Assembly (NCBI GenBank): GCA_017475605.1
Contig: JAFVFD010000002.1
Coordinates: 150,001-182,000, forward strand
DNA length: 32,000 nt
DNA from: Alphaproteobacteria bacterium
GTDB lineage: Bacteria > Pseudomonadota > Alphaproteobacteria > Rs-D84
Direction: 5' to 3'
Both the position numbers and the translations under genes were made by a program. Each line of letters begins with the position of its first letter. The stretch's first letter is position 1. The notes below the pieces were generated by a model. That model was not told the origin of the DNA. It did no database searches and saw nothing but the letters and a program-made list of their open reading frames with translations. Below, one piece after another: positions 25,154-31,674 of the stretch.

Positions 25154-26424
25154 GTTTTATTGCACGTTATTTTTCGTCGTTATGGTCGCTGATAACATCG
25201 CCTTTTCGGGCGTTGTGGCGCGTTATATCACGCATTTTTCCACCACGTGAATTTACGGTTATGGACACACCGCGCGGTAATGTTTATACATATCAGCAAA
25301 GCAGTTTTTGGCGTTTTACTAAATTCGTTGGCAAAATAGGACTTATTATTTGGGCATCATGGTCAACATATGTATTTATATACCACCGCCCAATGTTACA
25401 GAAACGCACCGCCCAACTGGAAGAAATGCGCGCAACCCACGATCGCCATATGGCCGATTTACAGACGTACCTGACTAAATTTAACGAATTGACCCGAAAC
25501 CTTAATGTAACCGACGACAAGATTTTACATGCGGATAAATTGACCGACGCACAAAAGGAAGAATTGTTAAATGCCCGCCTTAAAAACTGGGGGGAACTGG
25601 ACTTTTTACGGACTCGTTTAACAGAAATGTTCACAAACGCAGACTATGCGCCGGAATACACAAAATTGGCGGAATTGTCGGCGGAATATGAAATAACACG
25701 CGCCGAAAACGAAGTGTTGCGCAAACAAAGCGACCAAATTGCTGAAAATGTCCAGCAAATTGCCGATGCCGACACGAAAATTGTTGATACGGTATCAAAA
25801 ATGACAAATGAAAACGTCGAAGAATTGCGCAAGAATCTTAAACGCATAAACGGCACAATTGCGGCATTGGGCCTTAATGAAAAAGAACTTGTGGAACGTG
25901 CAAACAAATACGCGAATTCATTGGTTGGGGCGGCATTCAACCCATTGGAAATGGATAAAGACATGGACCCAAAATATCAGAAATTGGCGGACGGATTGGA
26001 ATTATGGAACGGCCTGTCAAAAATGTCGCGTGTTTTGCCGTTGGGCGCACCATTAAAGGAAATGCGTGTAACATCTAATTATGGCACGCGCAAGGACCCG
26101 TTTACCGGCAAGCCCAAGAAGCATCGTGGAATTGACTTTGCGGGCAAAATCGGAACCGAACTTATGGCGGTTGCGCCGGGACGTGTTATATCGGCTGGCG
26201 AACGCGTTGGGTACGGTTTGACGGTTGAAATAGACCATGGACTTGGGTTCACAACATTATACGCACATTTATCCAGGGCAACTGTTGCCCGCGGCGATTG
26301 GGTTCGTCCGGGAACCGTTGTTGGATTGGGGGGCTCGTCTGGACGTTCAACGGGGCCACACTTGCACTATGAAATTCGGTACAAGGGCGACCCATTTGAC
26401 CCCAGCAAATTTGTAAAGGAATAG
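25147..26424 (+). CDS. Membrane-anchored M23 (LytM-domain) metallopeptidase with a coiled-coil region
   Basis: The TM helix is 'IGLIIWASWSTYVFIY' and a long helical region follows. The C-terminal 'HRGIDFAG...GYGLTVEIDHG.GFTTLYAHLS...GRSTGPHLHYEIR' carries the HxxxD and HxH M23 motifs. The start overlaps the upstream stop (ATGTTAA). Confidence 0.85.
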   Translation: MLSFIARYFSSLWSLITSPFRALWRVISRIFPPREFTVMDTPRGNVYTYQQSSFWRFTKFVGKIGLIIWASWSTYVFIYHRPMLQKRTAQLEEMRATHDRHMADLQTYLTKFNELTRNLNVTDDKILHADKLTDAQKEELLNARLKNWGELDFLRTRLTEMFTNADYAPEYTKLAELSAEYEITRAENEVLRKQSDQIAENVQQIADADTKIVDTVSKMTNENVEELRKNLKRINGTIAALGLNEKELVERANKYANSLVGAAFNPLEMDKDMDPKYQKLADGLELWNGLSKMSRVLPLGAPLKEMRVTSNYGTRKDPFTGKPKKHRGIDFAGKIGTELMAVAPGRVISAGERVGYGLTVEIDHGLGFTTLYAHLSRATVARGDWVRPGTVVGLGGSSGRSTGPHLHYEIRYKGDPFDPSKFVKE

Positions 26425-26427
26425 GAG

Positions 26428-26781
26428 ATGTTGGCATTTACTAATTCAGAAGAGAAGCAATCGCCGACCGTAATTGGCGCGGGATGCAAAGTAACGGGTG
26501 ATATCAAAACCGATCACACCGTTCAAATTCATGGTTCTATTGTTGGCGACATTACCGCCACAACAGTCGTAATCGGGCGGGGTGGCGTTGTTGATGGGGC
26601 GATTGTTGCGGATAACCTGTTTTTGCACGGCACATTAAACGGGCCGGCAACCGTGAACAATGCCAATATGTTCAGTGCGGCCCAAATGCATGGCGAATTG
26701 TCATATCGCACGCTTAACATTACCGCAAACACCGCACTGGAATGCAAATTAACCAAACGCAAAGACAAAGATAAAAAATAG
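26428..26781 (+). CDS. Bactofilin (polymer-forming cytoskeletal protein)
   Basis: 'VIGAGCKVTGDIKTDHTVQIHGSIVGDITATTVVIGRGGVVDGAIVADNLFLHGTLNG' has the bactofilin beta-helix repeat pattern. An AGGAG Shine-Dalgarno is present. The start lies 3 nt after the M23 gene. Confidence 0.8.
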   Translation: MLAFTNSEEKQSPTVIGAGCKVTGDIKTDHTVQIHGSIVGDITATTVVIGRGGVVDGAIVADNLFLHGTLNGPATVNNANMFSAAQMHGELSYRTLNITANTALECKLTKRKDKDKK

Positions 26782-26790
26782 GGTAAAAAC

Positions 26791-27237
26791 ATGAACAAAA
26801 CCGTTTCAAAAGTTTATATCGCGGCCGATCATCGTGGGGTGGGGTTGAAATTATACCTTATTGAAATGTTGAACGCGGCGGGTTATATGGTTGTGAACCT
26901 GGGCACAGACGACATTAACACACCGGTTGATTTTCCGGATGTAGCGGAAAAATTAGCGGATGCAATGGCGGACGATGCAAAATCACGTGGCATTATTATT
27001 TGTGGCACCGGCGCGGGTGTTATGATTGCAGCGAATCGGTATCGCCACATTCGTGCATCGCGTTGCGACCGTCCAGACCAGGCACGCGATGATCGTTTCC
27101 ACGATGACATCAATGTTTTAGCATTGGCGGCCGATGATATTGATATTGAAATGGCGTTTGTTTGTGTCCAGACTTTCCTGGAAAGCCCATTTGACAATTG
27201 CGAACGCCGCATTCGCAGAATTCAAAAGATTTCGTAA
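26791..27237 (+). CDS. rpiB: Ribose-5-phosphate isomerase B (RpiB/LacA/LacB family)
   Basis: The motifs 'IAADHRG..LK', 'GIIICGTGAGVMIAANR...IRA' and 'HDDINVLAL' are present. Length is 148 aa. Confidence 0.8.
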   Translation: MNKTVSKVYIAADHRGVGLKLYLIEMLNAAGYMVVNLGTDDINTPVDFPDVAEKLADAMADDAKSRGIIICGTGAGVMIAANRYRHIRASRCDRPDQARDDRFHDDINVLALAADDIDIEMAFVCVQTFLESPFDNCERRIRRIQKIS

Positions 27238-27264
27238 TTAGCGGCAGTTACAATCGTTTTAAAA

Positions 27265-27287
27265 CCGCCCGTTTGGGCGGTTTTTTT
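27265..27287 (+). terminator. Intrinsic terminator after rpiB
   Basis: The hairpin is 'ccgccc-gttt-gggcgg', followed by 'ttttttt'. Confidence 0.8.
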
Positions 27288-27365
27288 GTTCTCATCTGAA
27301 AAAAACATCCAAAGCCCCGCCACAATCCACGAGCGGGGAATAAAACCACAAATTTTTAAATTAAA

Positions 27366-27536
27366 AAAATCGGCGTTTTGTGCCGTGAAATCAATATGTT
27401 ATGCAAAATAAAAGTGGCCTAATTTAAACGGCCGTTTTGTTTCGGCCATCCGACAATCTCATTTTACCCGGTTTTCCGGGACTTTGTCAATCACAAAAAT
27501 GGCCGAATCAAAACGGCCGTTTTGTTTCGGCCACCC
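27366..27536. repeat. Three copies of a short hairpin-forming element. The last two are 27-nt direct repeats, and the last sits in a 34-bp near-perfect palindrome.
   Basis: 'aaacggccgttttgtttcggcca(t/c)ccg' occurs at 27426-27452 and 27510-27536. A related 'atcggcgttttgtgccg' occurs at about 27369-27385. 'tggccgaatcaaaacggccgttttgtttcggcca' (27499-27532) equals its reverse complement except for one symmetric mismatch pair. Confidence 0.7.
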
Positions 27537-27579
27537 GCAGAAACATTGGCCCGCCGGGCCAAAGGGAAAGGGGACAAAA

Positions 27580-28374
27580 ATGAAACACTATTATTCATCA
27601 TTTATATTTTTCAGCATATTATGCACAATTTCGCAATCGTATGCCGCACCAAATTGTGGGAGCGGAACATGCCGATCGTACACATGGATTAGTGGGCAGA
27701 ATGTGTTTTCTTGTCCGATAAGTATGGGCACATGCAGTTGTTGCAACATATCCGGTAGTGGTTGCGGTTACTATGATTGCGGTAGTGCCGAAAAAGAAAT
27801 AGATGATGGCGATTGTGAGCAAGGTTTTTATCTTTCAGGCACGGGTAGTCTGGCATCGTGTCAGCAATGTCCAAACGCAAGTTTTTATACAGATGCCGCA
27901 TTGTCGCAAACAGCCAGTGTCATTAGTGGCAACGTATCATCCAACAACGCCATTACCGGCATCGGGGGATGTTTCGTTACAAACAATTCTTCCTATTATG
28001 ACAATACCGGGCAATTCAGCCTGAACAGTGCGTGTTTCTACAGCACAGACAACGAACAAGAACCCGTTGAGGACGATGAAGAAGAAGAAGATTCAGGTGC
28101 AACCCAGGGCAGCATACCATATCAATATTGCACACAAACCCAGGTCCAACAAAAGTTAAAAAGCCTGGCTGCTGAGCAACTGAGTGGGATGGACGCGGAC
28201 GAAATTAATATATACGCCAACCTTATGACCGATTACGGGATGGACTCTTTGGGGTTCGTGGAGATGATGTTGGATGTAGAAGACGAATTTGGCATAGATA
28301 TTAACGAGTCAGACTTTGTCAACAAACGAACAATTGCAGAAATTACAGATGTAGTTTTAGACAGATATTGTTAA
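27580..28374 (+). CDS. Fusion protein of a signal peptide, a Cys-rich domain, an acidic linker and a C-terminal acyl/peptidyl-carrier (PP-binding) domain (264 aa)
   Basis: 'aaggggacaaaaATG' sits at 27580. The signal peptide is 'MKHYYSSFIFFSILCTISQSYA'. The next roughly 165 residues contain 16 Cys, and the linker is 'EPVEDDEEEEDSG'. The C-terminal 'LMTDYGMDSLGFVEMMLDVEDEFGIDINESDF' has the ACP 'DSL' phosphopantetheine-attachment signature. A terminator follows. Confidence 0.75.
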   Translation: MKHYYSSFIFFSILCTISQSYAAPNCGSGTCRSYTWISGQNVFSCPISMGTCSCCNISGSGCGYYDCGSAEKEIDDGDCEQGFYLSGTGSLASCQQCPNASFYTDAALSQTASVISGNVSSNNAITGIGGCFVTNNSSYYDNTGQFSLNSACFYSTDNEQEPVEDDEEEEDSGATQGSIPYQYCTQTQVQQKLKSLAAEQLSGMDADEINIYANLMTDYGMDSLGFVEMMLDVEDEFGIDINESDFVNKRTIAEITDVVLDRYC

Positions 28375-28396
28375 AACGGGCCCCGTATCCACAAAA

Positions 28397-28429
28397 ACCG
28401 CCAAAAACGGCGGTTTTCTGCGGTTTTTT
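28397..28429 (+). terminator. Intrinsic terminator after the ACP-fusion gene
   Basis: The hairpin is 'accgcc-aaaaac-ggcggt', followed by 'tttctgcggtttttt'. Confidence 0.7.
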
Positions 28430-28838
28430 AAGGGTCTTATTGCGTTTTTTAGGTCAAAATCATGGTCCAAAAGCCCGAAAATCCGCCATTTTTTGGTGGT
28501 TTTTTTCAAAATTCGGGGCGGGAAAGGGCGCAAATCGCAAAAAACCTGTGCAAAACAACACAAATAAGTAAAACAGCGGGTATCTGGTTAATTAACACGG
28601 GGCCAAGCATAACAAAACAAACATATGAAAAGCATATCAAGATTTGTAACAAATAAAACCATCGTGAACAAATCTGAAAAACATTTTGAAACAAAATTAA
28701 AAATACAATCATAGAAATGATAACATTTTGATATCACAAACAATTTCGCACAATTATACACAAAAGCACTCTTTTCGCCCACCTTTCAACCCTAAACTAT
28801 ACATAATATACATTATGCGCCTTTTGTATATAGATTCC

Positions 28839-28856
28839 CCCGCAGATTTCTGCGGG
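28839..28856 (+). other. Stable hairpin in the gene-free gap. It may be the 3' end of an sRNA or a weak terminator.
   Basis: The hairpin is 'cccgcag-attt-ctgcggg', followed by 'tttc'. The arm 'cccgcagaaa' recurs at 27534 and 29079. Confidence 0.35.
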
Positions 28857-29205
28857 TTTCGCGCGATTCATATAAAATTATTATAATTTTATCCCCCATA
28901 GGCAACACAAGTAACCACATTTTATAGATTTTTTCGTAAAATCATATTGTTTTACGAATATTTTTATAAATTATTTTAATCTTTTGGCTGCCACACCCCA
29001 CTATGCCTGCAACGCCCGGTTTTCCGCCACTTTTCGAAAAAACACCACGAATTTTGACCATGCCAAGAACCGCCCCGACCCGCAGAAATCCGCGCGTTTT
29101 ACGACTTTTTATACCAATAAACACATACCACCAAACCATCCAAACAACCACAAAACCGCCATTTTTATCAAAAACCACCACAATTATCACACAAAACCAA
29201 CCAAT

Positions 29206-29230
29206 AAAAACACCCCGAAACATCGGGGTG
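29206..29230 (-). terminator. Intrinsic terminator of mscL
   Basis: The minus strand reads 'caccccga-tgtt-tcggggtg-ttttt'. It lies 33 nt downstream of the mscL stop. Confidence 0.75.
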
Positions 29231-29262
29231 TTAAAATTAATTCGCTTTATTATAAAAACAAA

Positions 29263-29769
29263 TTATTTCTTTGATTTTGCCGGTTTTTTGATTTTAGCTG
29301 CCAATTTGGTTACACTGTGTAATTTCTTGGCTAAATCGCTTTCTTCAATGCTACCCGTTTCCACAGGTTCAACATCACTGCAGCAATATGGGCATTTTGT
29401 TGCCGCGTTGCTGATTGTCGATTGACAATATGGACATGCGTGTGTTGTCGCTGGTTTTTTCGCCTTGGCCTTGGCCGCCAAACGCACAATAAGGAATATT
29501 GCAAACATAGTAATCAAGAAACTGATAACTGTGTTCAAAAATACACCGATGTTAATTGTTGCATCCGTACCAAACCCCAGTGCAATTTTCCAGTCTGAAA
29601 AATCAACACCGCCAACGACCGCACCTATTGGTGGCATAATAACATCTTTTACCAACGAATTAACAACGCTGGTCATAACAGACCCAACGATGATACCGAC
29701 AGCCATGTCGATTGCATTTCCCCGATTGATAAATGCGGCGAAATCTTTGATAAAGTTACTTTTTGCCAT
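29263..29769 (-). CDS. mscL: Large-conductance mechanosensitive channel MscL with a C-terminal CPYC...CPYC zinc-ribbon-like extension and a Lys-rich tail
   Basis: 'FIKDFAAFINRGNAIDMAVGIIVGSVMTSVVNSLVKDVIMPPIG' is the conserved MscL TM1 region. AAAGGAAA Shine-Dalgarno precedes the ATG at 29769. The track start at 29883 lies inside aroK. The C-terminus reads 'HACPYCQSTISNAATKCPYCCSDV...KIKKPAKSKK'. Confidence 0.85.
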   Translation of the reverse strand: MAKSNFIKDFAAFINRGNAIDMAVGIIVGSVMTSVVNSLVKDVIMPPIGAVVGGVDFSDWKIALGFGTDATINIGVFLNTVISFLITMFAIFLIVRLAAKAKAKKPATTHACPYCQSTISNAATKCPYCCSDVEPVETGSIEESDLAKKLHSVTKLAAKIKKPAKSKK

Positions 29770-30325
29770 TTGTTTTCCTTTCGTTTGTGTATGTTTTGAT
29801 TGCGTCCACCACTTTGTTAAGTGTTTTTCGCAGACTTTCATCTTTGGTTTCGACGGTAATGTCGGCCAACGCATAGATATCATAACGTTCTTTTATCAAC
29901 TGCGCCAGTATTTTTCGACTGTCGGTGTGTAACAACTGGGGCCGCGTATCGCGAAAATTGGTTCGCTTGACCAGCAATTCCAGGTCGGCACGCAACCAAA
30001 CTGAAATTGCCCGTTTCAAAACCATTTCACGCACAGCCGGTGTTATAAACGCACCCTCGCCCGTAGAAATTACTTTACACGCAGGTGGCGTATCCAGTAA
30101 CCGTTCCATAACGCGAAGTTCTACGCGACGAAATTCTGCCTCGCCATAAATGGAAAAAATATCAACGACACTGCACCCGGCGGCCGCTTCTATTTCTTTG
30201 TCTGAATCAACGAACGGAATTTTAAGTCGACGAGCCAACGCGCGACCAATACTGGTCTTGCCCGCCCCCATCAGCCCGACCATTACAATCGGACGATCTG
30301 ATAAAGATAATGTTTCCTTATCCAT
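29756..30325 (-). CDS. aroK: Shikimate kinase
   Basis: 'IVMVGLMGAGKTSIGRALARRLKIPFVDSDKEIE...G.SV.DIF...GE..FR..E' matches shikimate kinase. I prefer the ATG at 30325 (MDKETLSL). The track TTG at 30364 would add a hydrophobic leader that is not expected here. Confidence 0.85.
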   Translation of the reverse strand: MDKETLSLSDRPIVMVGLMGAGKTSIGRALARRLKIPFVDSDKEIEAAAGCSVVDIFSIYGEAEFRRVELRVMERLLDTPPACKVISTGEGAFITPAVREMVLKRAISVWLRADLELLVKRTNFRDTRPQLLHTDSRKILAQLIKERYDIYALADITVETKDESLRKTLNKVVDAIKTYTNERKTNGKK

Positions 30326-30460
30326 GCTGAAAACTATGATAATGAAAAAAACAAAATTGAACAATAAAAATTTATATTTTTCTTTTGTAATGCGTTTTTA
30401 TCGTTTTAAAACACCCCTTAAATATGATATAATAAAAACATAAAAAAGAGAGAGATTCAC

Positions 30461-31621
30461 ATGAAACATATATCATTGTTATCTGTATTTGTCGCCGCGG
30501 CGGGCGTGGCAACATCGGCACACACCGCGCCAATGGGTGCATACGCAAACGGTATCGCAACACACAATATCGCGGTTATTCAACATTCTATTATGATGAC
30601 AACTTTTAATCCGTTGGATATTGCGCCGGCCGGCACCCCATCGACACAATGTGCGGGTCATTTTGTTCGCCATACACATGACGAAAAAACGGCTGAAAAC
30701 GACAAGACGGTTGTGGATCCATCGCTGTACGGGAAAATGCCAATTTATGGCGAAATGAAATACTATGGCGAATATGGCGACGATGGTTCGTTAAAACGCA
30801 AATCTGGGCGCAGCGGTGGCGACGAAGAAGAATCAGCACCCGCGGAAACGGAACGTCGTTTTGTTGGCAACCTTACTGTTGGATGGCAACATTTTGATGA
30901 CCAGGTGGAATTTGACAACGTGGCAAAAACAGATTCTAAATACGATTTAATTTCATTGAACCTGGTTGGTGGTCGCAATCAATTAAGCGGCGGTGTATCT
31001 GAATGGGGACTTTTTGGTGGTTTCATCAATTCTGACGAAGAAGCAGATTCGTTAACCACGGCCGAAAACGGCGGGTACATCGGTTTATACAAGGGGTATT
31101 CGTTACATGGTGTTGGTTTATCAATGGGTGTCAATGGCGGTATATTACGTAACAAGGGCGAAATGCCCGCCGGCACTGATAAATTCAACAACAAATGGTT
31201 GGGTGCCGCGTTGAACATAACATACAACATCGCGCTGACGGATTCATTTTCGCTTCAACCCGGTGCTTATGCTGGATATACATGGATAAAGTCTGCAAAT
31301 TACACATCCGTAACCGGCGATAAAATTGAAAACGATAACCTTAAAATGTTTGAAATGTCCTATGCCCTGCGCGCGATTACGCATATTGGTAATAATTGGT
31401 ACGGTATATTGTCCGGTCGTTATGTTATGAATATGGCGAACGATGCGAACATCACCGTCGCAGGTGCCGCACTGCCGGAATTGGAACTGGATAATTATTG
31501 GGAATACGGCATTATGATTGAAAAGAATATAGACCGATTCAACATTGGGGTTTCAATCAATCGTCGCGATGGCGCACGCACCGGTTGGAACGGCGGTGTC
31601 ATATTGAAATATATATTCTAA
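30461..31621 (+). CDS. Outer-membrane beta-barrel protein (autotransporter-beta-domain-like C-terminus, very short N-terminal part)
   Basis: The signal peptide is 'MKHISLLSVFVAAAGVATSAHT'. The C-terminal half has alternating aromatic/Gly beta-strand patterns and ends 'GWNGGVILKYIF' with a terminal Phe. A terminator follows. Confidence 0.55.
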   Translation: MKHISLLSVFVAAAGVATSAHTAPMGAYANGIATHNIAVIQHSIMMTTFNPLDIAPAGTPSTQCAGHFVRHTHDEKTAENDKTVVDPSLYGKMPIYGEMKYYGEYGDDGSLKRKSGRSGGDEEESAPAETERRFVGNLTVGWQHFDDQVEFDNVAKTDSKYDLISLNLVGGRNQLSGGVSEWGLFGGFINSDEEADSLTTAENGGYIGLYKGYSLHGVGLSMGVNGGILRNKGEMPAGTDKFNNKWLGAALNITYNIALTDSFSLQPGAYAGYTWIKSANYTSVTGDKIENDNLKMFEMSYALRAITHIGNNWYGILSGRYVMNMANDANITVAGAALPELELDNYWEYGIMIEKNIDRFNIGVSINRRDGARTGWNGGVILKYIF

Positions 31622-31634
31622 ACGAAATAAAAAA

Positions 31635-31661
31635 CACCGCCCAATTGGGCGGTGTTTTTTT
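31635..31661. terminator. Bidirectional terminator between the OMP gene and the convergent prfA
   Basis: The sequence is 'aaaaa-caccgccc-aatt-gggcggtg-ttttttt'. Confidence 0.8.
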
Positions 31662-31674
31662 GTTTCTTTTTTTA

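Noticed and set aside
27366-27536. I considered whether the repeated hairpin elements could be a CRISPR array.
   Set aside because: There are only two or three copies, with unequal spacing and variable repeat sequence, and no cas genes. They are better described as REP-like or operator-like palindromes.
28384-28392. I considered a replication origin in the gap. 'gtatccaca' at 28384-28392 matches the DnaA-box consensus TTATCCACA at 8 of 9 positions. A weaker 'ttatcacac' lies near 29184, and an AT-rich core lies between them.
   Set aside because: There is only one good box, and no cluster of boxes. I found no CtrA-type TTAA-N7-TTAA sites, and no dnaA, hemE or parAB context. Evidence is too thin without a GC-skew analysis.
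28368-29425. ORFs lie in the gene-free gap: 28368-28571(+), 28462-28656(+), 28506-28782(-), 28942-29223(-), 28984-29274(+) and 29003-29425(+).
   Set aside because: They overlap one another, lack Shine-Dalgarno sequences, run through terminator hairpins, and encode low-complexity K/F/P/T-rich peptides. I found no support for coding, so the region is reported as an unexplained gap.
16261-30364. The ORF track offers alternative upstream starts at 16261, 17363, 22610, 27484, 29883 and 30364.
   Set aside because: In each case an internal ATG gives a canonical N-terminus (a signal peptide or a conserved family start), has a better Shine-Dalgarno or coupling context, and avoids long overlaps with the neighbouring gene.
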